Positions 1 through 9,332 of a DNA stretch of 64,000 nt are shown piece by piece; position 1 is the first letter of the stretch, and each line of letters opens with the position of its first letter. Position numbers and translations under genes: made by a program. Origin of the DNA: Candidatus Omnitrophota bacterium (lineage in GTDB: Bacteria > Omnitrophota > Gorgyraeia > JAHJTE01); contig JAHJTE010000001.1 of assembly GCA_018830005.1 (NCBI GenBank), positions 385,332 to 449,331 on the forward strand. Direction: 5' to 3'. The notes under the pieces were generated by a model. It searched no databases and had not been told where the DNA came from. It was given only the letters and a program-made list of their open reading frames with translations.

Positions 1-99
1 CAGAAAATATAGCAAAATTCATTTTTAATAAATTAAAGGCCAAGATTAATAAGCGCACAAGGAAGCTCATAAAGGTAACTGTCTGGGAAACTGAAAGTA

Positions 100-786
100 A
101 TGAAGCCTCTTATCAGGAATAAGAAACAGAAGGCAATTGTTCTTTTATCGGGTGGCCTTGATTCAGCAACTACACTTTTTCTTGCTAAGAGTAAAGGATA
201 TCGAATTAGCGCCCTTATATTTGACTACGGCCAAAGACATAAAAAGGAAATTAATTGCGCCAAGACATTGGCAAAAGTAGCTGGTTGTGATTATCATATT
301 ATTAAGCTATCTTTGCCGTCATTGGGTTCAAGTCTTTTAAATAGAAATATTAATATTCCAAAAGCGCGCAAGGAAAGAAGCGGCATTCCTTCTACTTATG
401 TCCCGGCAAGAAATCTAATATTTCTAAGCATTGCTGCCTCTTATGCCGAGAGCATGAGAGCAGATACTATTTTTATTGGTGCAAATGCAGTGGATTTCTC
501 TGGATATCCTGATTGCCGGCCGCGATTTTACTCACAATTAAGAAAGGTAATAAAAATTGGCACAAAAGCAGGCGTTGAAGGAAAGGCATTAAGGATATTA
601 ACGCCTTTAATTAATAAAACGAAAAAAGAGATTATAAAATTAGGTGCCAAACTTGGTGTCCCATATGCCTTGACATGGTCTTGTTATGAGGGCGGGAAGG
701 TACCTTGTGCAAGCTGTGAAAGTTGCCTCTTGCGCAAGAAAGGTTTTCAAGAAGCCAAGCTGAATGATCCCTCTAGCAAGAGTTAA
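100..786 (+). CDS. queC: 7-cyano-7-deazaguanine synthase QueC
   Basis: N-terminal PP-loop 'LLSGGLDSAT'. C-terminal Cys cluster 'CYEGGKVPCASCESC', typical of the QueC Zn site. Length 228 aa. Followed by queE and queF in an operon. Confidence 0.88.
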   Translation: MKPLIRNKKQKAIVLLSGGLDSATTLFLAKSKGYRISALIFDYGQRHKKEINCAKTLAKVAGCDYHIIKLSLPSLGSSLLNRNINIPKARKERSGIPSTYVPARNLIFLSIAASYAESMRADTIFIGANAVDFSGYPDCRPRFYSQLRKVIKIGTKAGVEGKALRILTPLINKTKKEIIKLGAKLGVPYALTWSCYEGGKVPCASCESCLLRKKGFQEAKLNDPSSKS

Positions 787-788
787 AA

Positions 789-1469
789 ATGAAAGACGAT
801 ATTATTGCTAAAATCAGCGAAATCTTTACAAGTGTTCAAGGCGAAGGCCCTTATTTAGGAAGCCGCCAGACATTCATTAGATTTTATGGGTGTAATTTAT
901 CCTGTCGCTTCTGTGATACCGAAAATTATCACTTTTTACAATATTCTACATCTGAGATATTAGAGGAAATAATGTCTAAGCCTCATTGTGATTTCTTAAG
1001 CATTACTGGCGGCGAACCCTTGTTACAGGTAATATTTTTACAAGAACTTCTGCCAAGGTTAAAGAAAGAAAGCTTCAAGATCTATTTAGAAACCAACGGG
1101 ACTAAGACTGATGAACTTATCTCAGTGATAGATTTTATTAATATTATCTCTATGGATTTTAAATTACCTTCCAGTACAGGTCAAAAAAGTTATTTTAGAG
1201 AACATGAGCAGTTTTTAAAAGCTGCTAGAAAGAAAGAGGTGTTTGTTAAGGCAGTAATTACGGATTCAACCCTTATTTCAGATTTAAAGACAGCGGTTGA
1301 AATTATTAAAGGCGTAGATAGAGGAATCCTTTTTGTTTTGCAGCCGGATACAAATCAGTTAAGTCATAATCTGTTTCAGAAAATAGAGACTTATCGCGCC
1401 TTTGCTTGCGAACATCTAGAAAATGTACGTATAATACCCCAGGTGCATAGATTAGTAGGATTAAGGTGA
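789..1469 (+). CDS. queE: 7-carboxy-7-deazaguanine synthase QueE (radical SAM)
   Basis: Radical-SAM cluster motif 'CNLSCRFCDT'. Length 226 aa. Lies between queC and queF. Confidence 0.85.
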   Translation: MKDDIIAKISEIFTSVQGEGPYLGSRQTFIRFYGCNLSCRFCDTENYHFLQYSTSEILEEIMSKPHCDFLSITGGEPLLQVIFLQELLPRLKKESFKIYLETNGTKTDELISVIDFINIISMDFKLPSSTGQKSYFREHEQFLKAARKKEVFVKAVITDSTLISDLKTAVEIIKGVDRGILFVLQPDTNQLSHNLFQKIETYRAFACEHLENVRIIPQVHRLVGLR

Positions 1470-1473
1470 TTAG

Positions 1474-1887
1474 ATGAGAGGGAAGAAAATAAAAAAGTCC
1501 TTGAAGTCTTCTTATGAAGGCCGACAGAAAGAAATAAGGCTTCTTCAAACCCCCAATATTGAAGTTTGGAAAAATAAATATCCTGATAAAGATTACACTG
1601 TAAAAATAGAAACCAGCGAATTTACCTGTATTTGCCCTAAGACTGGTTTGCCTGATTTTGCCACCATAACTATCGAATACAAGCCGGATAAATTCTGTCT
1701 GGAATTGAAATCGTTTAAGATGTATTTGACATTTTTTCGCCAGATTGGTATATTTCATGAGCATGTGATAAATAAGATTTTTGACGATTTATTAGCAGCC
1801 TGTCGACCAAAAGAGATGACGATTATCATGGTTTTTAATGCCCGGGGCGGGATTACTACAACTGTTAAACGGGAGTATAAGCCGTGA
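1474..1887 (+). CDS. queF: NADPH-dependent 7-cyano-7-deazaguanine reductase QueF (type I)
   Basis: Motif 'EFTCICPKTGLPDFATI', the QueF catalytic Cys region. Length 137 aa. Confidence 0.85.
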   Translation: MRGKKIKKSLKSSYEGRQKEIRLLQTPNIEVWKNKYPDKDYTVKIETSEFTCICPKTGLPDFATITIEYKPDKFCLELKSFKMYLTFFRQIGIFHEHVINKIFDDLLAACRPKEMTIIMVFNARGGITTTVKREYKP

Positions 1888-2723
1888 GAATTATTGATAG
1901 TAGGAAGATTAAAGAAGCTGTTAGTGATTTAGCAATAAAGGCAAATATAAATTTGCGGCCCGATGTATTAGACGCTCTCAAAAAAAGATTTAAATCTGAG
2001 AGAAAGAAAGAAGCGCGTTGCGCTTTAGGCTATATTATTGACAATGCCAGGATTGCTAAAAAAGAACATCTTGCAATCTGTCAGGATACAGGCCTGCCTG
2101 TAGTCTTCATAGATTTGGGAGATCAAGTCCACGTTAGGGGGAACCTTAATAACGCAGTCCAGGCTGGAATCAGCGATGGCTATAGAAAAGCGCGTCTGCG
2201 TCAATCTGTTATTTTAGACCCTTTAAGGCAGAGTATTAAAACTGATTTTGTGCCTGCGTTAGTCAATGTGCGAATCCTGAAGGGAAAGCGCATGGGCCTG
2301 GCAGTATTACCTAAAGGATTTGGCTGTGAAAATAAAGCTGCTTGTTTTATGTTTAATCCCACAACCGATATAGAAAATATTATTGATTGGATTATAGACG
2401 TAACTAAACGCGCAGGTCCTGATGCCTGCCCACCCTATGTTTTAGGCGTAGGTATTGGAGGTACTGCTGATGAAGCAGCGCGCCTGGCAAAACATGCACT
2501 TTTGCGGCCCATCAATAAGAAAAATCAAGATAAATTCCTATCTAGGTTAGAAAAAAAGCTCTTAGATAAGATAAACCGCAGCGGAATTGGCGCTTTTGGC
2601 TTGGGAGGTAATACGACTGCACTAGGAGTTAATATAGAAACAGCACCTACTCATATTGCGGGCTTGCCGGTTGCGGTTAATGTCAGCTGTCATGCCTTAA
2701 GAAGCGCCAGGAAAATTTTATAA
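1884..2723 (+). CDS. Fe-S hydro-lyase, class I fumarate/tartrate hydratase alpha subunit
   Basis: 279 aa with Cys residues spaced as in the FumA N-terminal / TtdA family. Start overlaps the queF stop. A beta subunit follows. Confidence 0.7.
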   Translation: MRIIDSRKIKEAVSDLAIKANINLRPDVLDALKKRFKSERKKEARCALGYIIDNARIAKKEHLAICQDTGLPVVFIDLGDQVHVRGNLNNAVQAGISDGYRKARLRQSVILDPLRQSIKTDFVPALVNVRILKGKRMGLAVLPKGFGCENKAACFMFNPTTDIENIIDWIIDVTKRAGPDACPPYVLGVGIGGTADEAARLAKHALLRPINKKNQDKFLSRLEKKLLDKINRSGIGAFGLGGNTTALGVNIETAPTHIAGLPVAVNVSCHALRSARKIL

Positions 2724-2726
2724 ATT

Positions 2727-3266
2727 ATGAAAAAGATTACGCTACCTTTTGATAGTAAAACGCTGACTCATCTTGAGGCAGGAGAAGAATTGTCTCTGAG
2801 CGGTATTATTTATACTGCAAGAGACCAGGCGCACAAAAGATTAGTGGCATTATTAAAGAAGAGAAAGAAATTGCCTATTGATTTGAAAACCTCGGTTATT
2901 TATTATTGTGGACCTAATCCAGGCAAAGGAAAATTTGCGCTTGGTGCCTGTGGTCCGACAACGAGTAGCAGGATGGATAAATTGACTCTACCGCTTTTGA
3001 AATCAGGATTGAAGGCTGTAATCGGCAAAGGTAGACGCTCAGAGGAAGTTCGTAGAGGCCTTAAAAAGACTAATGGTGTGTATCTGCTTGCGCCATCAGG
3101 ATGTGGTGCGTTATTAGCTAAAAAGGTAAGAAATGCAAAGGTAGTGGCTTTTTCTGATTTGAAGTCAGAGGCAATATTTAAACTTAAGGTGTGCGATTTT
3201 CCGGTGATTGTGGGCATAAATAGTCATGGAAAAGATATATACGATAGGAAGGAATTACAATGTTAA
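2727..3266 (+). CDS. Fe-S hydro-lyase, class I fumarate/tartrate hydratase beta subunit
   Basis: 179 aa, FumA C-terminal / TtdB-like. Forms a two-gene arrangement with the preceding alpha subunit. Confidence 0.7.
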   Translation: MKKITLPFDSKTLTHLEAGEELSLSGIIYTARDQAHKRLVALLKKRKKLPIDLKTSVIYYCGPNPGKGKFALGACGPTTSSRMDKLTLPLLKSGLKAVIGKGRRSEEVRRGLKKTNGVYLLAPSGCGALLAKKVRNAKVVAFSDLKSEAIFKLKVCDFPVIVGINSHGKDIYDRKELQC

Positions 3267-3973
3267 GAGAAAATAATCGTGGGTTGAAAAATTTAAGAAA
3301 GATTACAATTCAGCGTAATTATTCAAAATATGCTGAAGGCTCTTGTCTTATTGAACTAGGAAATACACGTCTAGTCTGTACTGTAAGTGTTGATAATACT
3401 GTTCCGCCTTTTTTAAGAGATACAGGTACGGGTTGGGTCACAGCCGAATACGGCATGTTACCGCGTTCTTGTAACGTGCGTTTGAGCCGAGATAAAATGT
3501 CGGGCCGGACTTACGAGATTCAGAGGCTCATCGGTAGATCTTTACGAGCTGTCATAGATATGAATAGGCTGGGAGAGAGGACGTTACGCATTGATTGCGA
3601 TGTAATACAGGCTGATGGCGGTACGCGAACCGCAGCCATTAGCGGTGCTTTTGTTGCTTTAGTTGATGCCTTAGATGGCCTGAAAAGACAGGGCGTATTT
3701 CGCAAATTACCAATAAAGGATTATTTAGCAGCAACGAGCGTGGGCAAGATTGGCAGCGATATATTGTTGGATTTAAGCTATGAAGAGGACTCGAAGGCAG
3801 ATGTAGACATGAACGTAGTTATGACCGGAAGTGGTGAATTTGTTGAAGTGCAGGCAACTGGTGAGAATTCATCCTTCAGCCGCAAAGAAATAGATGCCTT
3901 TTTGCAGCTTGCTAAAGAAGGCATTGATGAGATAATCCAGATTCAGAAGAAGACCTTAGCTAATGTTATCTAA
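3260..3973 (+). CDS. rph: ribonuclease PH
   Basis: 237 aa with RNase PH family signatures such as 'CTVSVDN' and 'DCDVIQADGGTRTAAI'. Confidence 0.88.
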   Translation: MLRENNRGLKNLRKITIQRNYSKYAEGSCLIELGNTRLVCTVSVDNTVPPFLRDTGTGWVTAEYGMLPRSCNVRLSRDKMSGRTYEIQRLIGRSLRAVIDMNRLGERTLRIDCDVIQADGGTRTAAISGAFVALVDALDGLKRQGVFRKLPIKDYLAATSVGKIGSDILLDLSYEEDSKADVDMNVVMTGSGEFVEVQATGENSSFSRKEIDAFLQLAKEGIDEIIQIQKKTLANVI

Positions 3974-4583
3974 GTTGGAGTTACTAGTAGCAACGCGCAA
4001 CAGGAAAAAGTTTAGAGAGATAAAGCAATTGCTTAAGCCTAGTCGCTTTAGACTTAGCTCTTTGGCAGATTTTGCGAATCTTCCCAAGGTTAAAGAGACG
4101 GGAAAAAGCTTTAAGGAGAATGCCGAGAAAAAAGCACGTCAGATTTCTCGTTTAACCTCTAGGCTGACATTGGGTGAAGATTCTGGTCTATGCGTTAATG
4201 CCCTGGGTGGGGCTCCCGGGATTTATTCCTCGCGCTTTGCAGGATTACATAAGTCTGACGAAGACAACAATAATAAATTATTAAGAAAACTAGACTGTTT
4301 GCCACTTTCGGAGAGAAAGGCGCACTATGTATGCGCTATTGCCTTAGCCTATAAAGGAAAGATATTGGCAAGCTTCGAAGGTAGGTGTCATGGCCTTATT
4401 GGGTTTAAGAAGAGGGGTTCATCTGGTTTTGGTTATGACCCTGTATTTATAATTCCTCATCGTAATAAGACATTTGCTCAGCTTGGCCTAAAGGTAAAAC
4501 ACACGATGAGTCATCGCAGAAAGGCAATCAGAAAATTAAAAGCATTTTTAAGGAAGGCCGAAGATATCCTTAAAAGGTTTTAA
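3963..4583 (+). CDS. rdgB: non-canonical purine NTP pyrophosphatase (RdgB/Ham1 family)
   Basis: 206 aa with 'ATRNRKK' and 'FGYDPVF' Ham1 motifs. The classic rph-rdgB pair. Confidence 0.85.
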   Translation: MLSKLELLVATRNRKKFREIKQLLKPSRFRLSSLADFANLPKVKETGKSFKENAEKKARQISRLTSRLTLGEDSGLCVNALGGAPGIYSSRFAGLHKSDEDNNNKLLRKLDCLPLSERKAHYVCAIALAYKGKILASFEGRCHGLIGFKKRGSSGFGYDPVFIIPHRNKTFAQLGLKVKHTMSHRRKAIRKLKAFLRKAEDILKRF

Positions 4584-7079
4584 GATATCTAGTTGGAGTT
4601 TTTTCGGCATAATCTTATATTCGGGTTGTTTTAAACTGCCACTTACTTTCACAACAAGATATTTGTTTATTTCGGCAAAAATATTCGTTATTAGTTTTCT
4701 TAGATCTGCCGAGTGTTCAATATATTCTTCGCTGAATTCACAATAGACGTCAAAATTAAGCATTCCATCAAAACCTAACCAGCCTTCTGCAGCTAGATTC
4801 ATTTGCGGACTTGCAAGAGTTAAATCTTGCGTAGAGATACGCTTATCAGCAATCCTGAATGTGGCCTCACCCTCATTAAAATTAATGCGGGAAAACTCCG
4901 GAAGTAGCAAAATCTCCCCTAGGCCTTTAAGTAATTTTAACTCCCAGATCTTGCCTTCTTTTATATTAAGTTCACCCTCACCGGATAAGGTTTCAATTAT
5001 TGGCCTTTTTGCATTTAGTATAGCTTTGGCTGAAAGTATGCCGCTGATATCTTTATCTTTAAAGGCCGTATCGCTTTTTAGTTTTGCAAGATCAACATTT
5101 TGGATATCAACGTCCAAATCTAACTGGAAGGTCTCAGGTAGAATTTCGCCTTTACCTTTAAGTTTAAAGTTCCCTCCATAGAGATTACCAAAAAATGAAA
5201 GCTTCTTTATTATGTTATTTGTTTGTTTATAGCTCAGTTGTAACTTATCTAGGTTAAGTCTAGCAACCTTTAGTGATTCGGATTCAGCATTTAAAGTTAA
5301 GGCCCAGTCCGTAAAGCTAAGAAGGGGGCCTTGAATTTGTGTCTCTAGATTAATATTTCCTTTTGGCCCAAGTTGTTTCAGCGTTTCCTCGAATTGTGGT
5401 AGCCAGTGTATGAGGTTGGAGGTCTCTAATTTTATTTTCGTATTTAAACTAATTCTCGATTCCTCTCCTTCGCTAAAATACACAACACCGTCTGCAATTA
5501 AGGTTGAGTCAAAAGAGCTTATACTTAAGTTTTCGATTTCTGCATTTTCTTTGTTTAAGGAGACTTGCGTGCGTAGATTTAGAAGCGGCGAAGACACATT
5601 AAATTTTAGTTTCGGCGCATTGAAGTCTTCAACAACCCCTGAGGTATTAAAATCCTGATTGTAAATAGAAAAGTTAATATCCTTCCAATTCAGGGCTGTT
5701 TCATTCAGGATAAGACTCCCATTTATATTTGAGATTTCGTTTTTTAAAGCCCTTAGTTTTAAATTCAGATCAAACAGCTCTGCATTAACAGTAAATTTTT
5801 TATTCTCAAGTTTAGCAGGTTGCCCCATTGTTGCTTCCAGATGAGCCCTCAGGTTTAGTTTTCCGGAAATTTCCTCTATTGTTTTTAAGGTTTCCTCGGG
5901 AAGAAAAATACTTAATTCTTCTGTATCTAATTTTTCAGAATAGACGTCCAATGTTAAAGGTGAGGCTCCAGCATTCTTCTGAAGCGGCATTAAAGGAATT
6001 TTTGCTGTTGCCTTTAGCTTATTTTCCTGCCAGAGACCTTCAAATTCTTCTAATGATGCATAATTATCTTTGATGCTAAATTTTGCCCTAATCTTCTTCA
6101 GGGAATTAAGGAATTTTAAGCCATTTATTTCTGTATCTCGGAACTCGACATCTCCGGATAAAGATGAAATATTTGGATTTTCAAACGCTGATTCTATTGA
6201 GGAGTTTAAAGATAGCTTTAGTTTTCCCCTAGAGGATATATCAAGGCTATCAACATCAAAATTTTCTATTTGTGCATCGCTTGAAATAGTGAGAGTTTTA
6301 CTGGAGAGGGAGTAATCTAGATTTGCTTTCATGTTTTCCAGGTTAAAACTTTTGATATTTGTGTTAGGCATATTGAAATATCGCCAGATATCTGCCAGCT
6401 CGATATCCTTTGTCTCAGTTTTGATTGTAATTGCTTGCTCTTTGAGATTTATTTCTCCTTCAGCAAAGATTCTGCCTTCGCTAGTTAAATTACTTCCAAC
6501 ATCTGAGCTTAATCTAAAGACGATATTCTCTAGATTGCCAGGATTTATATCGAGGTTGAAGTTTCTAAATTCTTTGTTTATACTAGGTGTAATAGCATTA
6601 TCTTGAACGAAGACCTTACCGGATATAACCTTAATTTTTGACAATACAAGCGGCAGTTTAGATTTACCCTCAGTCGTCCCTTTCTTTAGGAATTCCTGTA
6701 TGTTCCAAGTTTCTTTATCGCCTCTTTGGAGCTTGATAGATGGTCCGTTAATGTATAAGGTGGGGATAATTATGCGTTTTCCTTCTAGTGAGGGGAAAAG
6801 CATTATATTGAAGCGGACTTGCTCTACGGTAATAGGTCCATCTTTTGGTTCCTGGCCTTCTTCAAATAAAGAGATATCTTCTATAACAACCCCTTTTAAT
6901 ATTTCATAGGAGATACTCTTGATTCTTATTTTAAGATTAGTGTGTTTTATGACTGAATCTTCGATGAGAACTTTTAAGGTCTTAGGAACATAAGTATCTT
7001 TTAAGTAGAAGTAGCCTAGAATAAGGAGGGTAAATATAACTAGACTTACAAGGAGAGAGATAATTAGAACTTTTTTCAT
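4548..7079 (-). CDS. AsmA/TamB-like large membrane-anchored protein
   Basis: 843 aa with an N-terminal transmembrane segment and a long, repetitive beta-rich body, AsmA-like. The many + strand ORFs inside it are antisense artefacts. Confidence 0.5.
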   Translation of the reverse strand: MKKVLIISLLVSLVIFTLLILGYFYLKDTYVPKTLKVLIEDSVIKHTNLKIRIKSISYEILKGVVIEDISLFEEGQEPKDGPITVEQVRFNIMLFPSLEGKRIIIPTLYINGPSIKLQRGDKETWNIQEFLKKGTTEGKSKLPLVLSKIKVISGKVFVQDNAITPSINKEFRNFNLDINPGNLENIVFRLSSDVGSNLTSEGRIFAEGEINLKEQAITIKTETKDIELADIWRYFNMPNTNIKSFNLENMKANLDYSLSSKTLTISSDAQIENFDVDSLDISSRGKLKLSLNSSIESAFENPNISSLSGDVEFRDTEINGLKFLNSLKKIRAKFSIKDNYASLEEFEGLWQENKLKATAKIPLMPLQKNAGASPLTLDVYSEKLDTEELSIFLPEETLKTIEEISGKLNLRAHLEATMGQPAKLENKKFTVNAELFDLNLKLRALKNEISNINGSLILNETALNWKDINFSIYNQDFNTSGVVEDFNAPKLKFNVSSPLLNLRTQVSLNKENAEIENLSISSFDSTLIADGVVYFSEGEESRISLNTKIKLETSNLIHWLPQFEETLKQLGPKGNINLETQIQGPLLSFTDWALTLNAESESLKVARLNLDKLQLSYKQTNNIIKKLSFFGNLYGGNFKLKGKGEILPETFQLDLDVDIQNVDLAKLKSDTAFKDKDISGILSAKAILNAKRPIIETLSGEGELNIKEGKIWELKLLKGLGEILLLPEFSRINFNEGEATFRIADKRISTQDLTLASPQMNLAAEGWLGFDGMLNFDVYCEFSEEYIEHSADLRKLITNIFAEINKYLVVKVSGSLKQPEYKIMPKKLQLDILKPFKDIFGLP

Positions 7080-7202
7080 AAGTGCGTAGAAATAAAAGGA
7101 TTAAATGTAATTCCAACAAATTATAACTAATCAATCAGGCTAAAGCAAGCCTTTTCTAATAAGTTGAAAAGAAAAAAATTGCATGTTATAATAATGGCCT
7201 TA

Positions 7203-7277
7203 CGGGGCGTGGCTCAGTTTGGCTAGAGCGCCTGCTTTGGGAGCAGGAAGTCACAGGTTCAAGTCCTGTCGCCCCGA
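7203..7277 (+). tRNA. tRNA-Pro (anticodon UGG)
   Basis: Cloverleaf read by eye: acceptor CGGGGCG/CGCCCCG, D arm GCTC..GAGC, anticodon stem CCTGC/GCAGG with loop TTTGGGA, T arm ACAGG-TTCAAGT-CCTGT, discriminator A. C1-G72 is typical of tRNA-Pro. Confidence 0.85.
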
Positions 7278-7359
7278 TTAGAATATAATGTTATTTATTA
7301 GATGGTTGGAAAACTGATTCAATAGCTGACCTCTAATAAATAAGTTCTTTAAACTGTGG

Positions 7360-7667
7360 GCGCCCGTAGCTCAATAGGATAGAGCATCTGCCTTTCAAGT
7401 GACCCCGAGCGTAAGCGCGGGATAAACATGGGAGCCTTCATAGGGAAATGAACCTGTGGAGTGGACGTCGCTAATTCGGTAGATACCCTATTTTTTTTGG
7501 GGTAATACCGAGCTATCCTTAAGTAATGGGGAAAGTGTAGAGACTTTACACGGCGAGGCTGAGATGCCTAAGATAAAGTCCGGCCAGCAAGCTCGAAAAG
7601 AGTGGTCAAGGAAACTTGATGCTGGATGCTAAGCAGAGGGTTGCCCGTTCGATTCGGGCCGGGCGCA
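7360..7667 (+). tRNA. tRNA-Arg (anticodon UCU) interrupted by a group I intron in the anticodon loop
   Basis: 5' exon GCGCCCG-TA-GCTCAATAGGATAGAGC-A-TCTGC-CTT (to 7394). 3' exon CTAA-GCAGA-GGGTT-GCCCG-TTCGATT-CGGGC-CGGGCGC-A (7629-7667), followed by an encoded CCA. The spliced product closely resembles E. coli argU tRNA-Arg(UCU). Confidence 0.7.
7395..7628 (+). ncRNA. group I intron (about 234 nt), inserted between anticodon positions 34 and 35
   Basis: Contains a GGGAAA (P3/P4-like) element, a P7 pairing AGACT...AAGTC, and 'GTGTAGAGACT', which matches the Azoarcus/Anabaena tRNA intron P7 region. The intron ends in G (omega-G) and the 5' exon ends in U. The exact splice coordinates are uncertain by a few nt. 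Confidence 0.6.
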
Positions 7668-7682
7668 CCATATTTTAGAAAA

Positions 7683-8786
7683 ATGAGAATAATAGTTAAG
7701 ATTCTGGTAATTTTTCTGATAATCTTCGTCCTGCTTCTTGTTTCTTCTTATTTAATCTTAAGTATTCGCGGCAGGGAGATAATCGAACAGCAGTTGTCAA
7801 AGACAATTGATGCCCCAGTAAGCTTAGAAAATATCTCTTTGGGTTTTCCTGATACAATTAAGATTGAAAATTTAGAAATAAAAGACTTCTTAAAAACTAG
7901 TTTAAAGCTTAAACTAAATCCTTTAGGCTTATTCAGCGGCAAAGTAATACTAAACAACATTACCATTGATAAGCCGCAATTAGTTTTAAGGAGAGAAAAT
8001 GATGGCTCCTTAAAGATCCCTTTTAAGCGACAAGCAGGTACTGCCAGCCCAAAACAATTACCCATTATTTTAGGCTTAGATATACGCGATGGACATGTTT
8101 TTTTTATTGATAGCTCGCAAGATGATTACCGTCTCAATATTTACGACTTAGATGTTAAAGTACATAAGAGATCAATAGATTTGAAGCCGATATTTAATTT
8201 TGATGTTTCTGCCCAACTTGGTGAGAAGGCAAAGAACGGTAAAAATTTTGCTTCGGAAGGCTGGATAGATTTTTTCAAGAAAGACATGCAGGGCAATTTG
8301 GAAATTAAAGATTTTTATACTGACGACATTTTGCCGATTTATAATCGCTTATTAGGTAAGAACATTTCAGGGGCTACATTAGATTTTCAGGCAAAAATGA
8401 ACGCAGAGGATAATGATCTTAAGATTGATTGTCATCTGCTATTATCTGGAATCAAGACTCAAGAAGAGTCTGGGGCAGAAGGTAAAAATCATAAAGATAT
8501 TTTAGTTTTTTCCGAGCTGCTTGATATATTCTCAAACCCCGAAGGTAAGATTGAATTAGATTTTGTTATCCATACTAAATTGGATAATCCTAGATTTGAT
8601 AAGGTTGATTTTGGGGCAAGTCTCCTTAAGGCCGCAGCAAAAAATATCTTATCCAAACCCCAGGAAGAGATCACCTCCAGCGTAGAAGAGATAGGTAAGG
8701 ATATAAAAGATTGGGGAAAAGAGAAAGGGAAAGAACTTCTTAAAACAGAGGGCCTTAAGGATATAATTGATATATTCGGCAAATAA
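7683..8786 (+). CDS. AsmA-family N-terminal-domain membrane protein
   Basis: Start moved from the track's 7626, which overlaps the tRNA 3' exon, to the ATG at 7683 (MRIIVKILVIFL, a transmembrane segment). The AsmA-like N-terminal region resembles the 4548-7079 protein. Confidence 0.5.
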   Translation: MRIIVKILVIFLIIFVLLLVSSYLILSIRGREIIEQQLSKTIDAPVSLENISLGFPDTIKIENLEIKDFLKTSLKLKLNPLGLFSGKVILNNITIDKPQLVLRRENDGSLKIPFKRQAGTASPKQLPIILGLDIRDGHVFFIDSSQDDYRLNIYDLDVKVHKRSIDLKPIFNFDVSAQLGEKAKNGKNFASEGWIDFFKKDMQGNLEIKDFYTDDILPIYNRLLGKNISGATLDFQAKMNAEDNDLKIDCHLLLSGIKTQEESGAEGKNHKDILVFSELLDIFSNPEGKIELDFVIHTKLDNPRFDKVDFGASLLKAAAKNILSKPQEEITSSVEEIGKDIKDWGKEKGKELLKTEGLKDIIDIFGK

Positions 8787-8793
8787 GATAAAT

Positions 8794-8871
8794 GGTGGGT
8801 GTAGCTCAGCTGGATAGAGCACTTGATTGTGGTTCAAGTGGTCGCGGGTTCAAATCCCGTCACCCACCCCA
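8794..8871 (+). tRNA. tRNA-His (anticodon GUG), with G-1 and an encoded CCA
   Basis: G-1 plus acceptor GTGGGTG/CACCCAC, anticodon loop TTGTGGT, T arm GCGGG-TTCAAAT-CCCGT, discriminator C73, then CCA. Confidence 0.9.
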
Positions 8872-9217
8872 GCTTCATAACTCATTGTGAAACAATGAGT
8901 TACATCAATAACCCGACAGACATTGATTACCGGGGCGCTTTATCTCCTAGGGTTTACGATGGTTAGGGCGTTAGAAGTTTGTACCCGTCAGTAAAATACT
9001 CATTTCCACTCTCCGTGTAGTAGGCCTCTCTAAATCAGCGAGAATATCCGCATATTTGGCCAATTCCTCTCTTAGTTTATGTTGGCTAGTTTATGCGATA
9101 TTCGTCGATTTTCTTAAGATTTTATTTTTCAAAATGAGCATAAACTAAACTCGCGGAAAAATAAACAAGAGAGGTTTGCTCAAGTTGTTGTAAATTAGTT
9201 CCAATCTCTTAAGGGGG
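8866..9217 (+). repeat. R1: conserved ~350-bp structured repeat, copy 1, abutting the tRNA-His 3' end
   Basis: About 85-90% identical to copies at 10748-11098 and 13571-13920. It begins with the shared junction 'CCCCAGCTTCATAACTCATTG'. A compensatory hairpin sits near its 5' end and a nested imperfect palindrome (CCTCTCTTAGTTTAT...ATAAACAAGAGAGG) lies inside. Confidence 0.8.
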
Positions 9218-9232
9218 AGCCACTACTTATAG

Positions 9233-9270
9233 CCCCTTGTAACAAAATAAGTTGCAAGGGGTTATTATTT
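9233..9270 (+). terminator. terminator-like hairpin after R1
   Basis: Stem CCCCTTG...CAAGGGG followed by the T-rich 'TTATTATTT'. Confidence 0.4.
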
Positions 9271-9332
9271 GCGTATAATAATATCGATGAAGAAAATATA
9301 GTTTATTTATTTTGAGTAAAGGAGGAAATTTT

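Noticed and set aside
4861-6909. Several 69-106-aa + strand ORFs inside the 4548-7079 region
   Set aside because: All are antisense to the long AsmA-like gene with S/L/F-rich low-complexity translations. Artefacts of an AT-rich antisense strand.
7626-7682. Track start codon of the 7626-8786 ORF
   Set aside because: The first 57 nt overlap the 3' exon, T-arm and acceptor stem of tRNA-Arg. The ATG at 7683 opens directly into a transmembrane helix and is the more plausible start.
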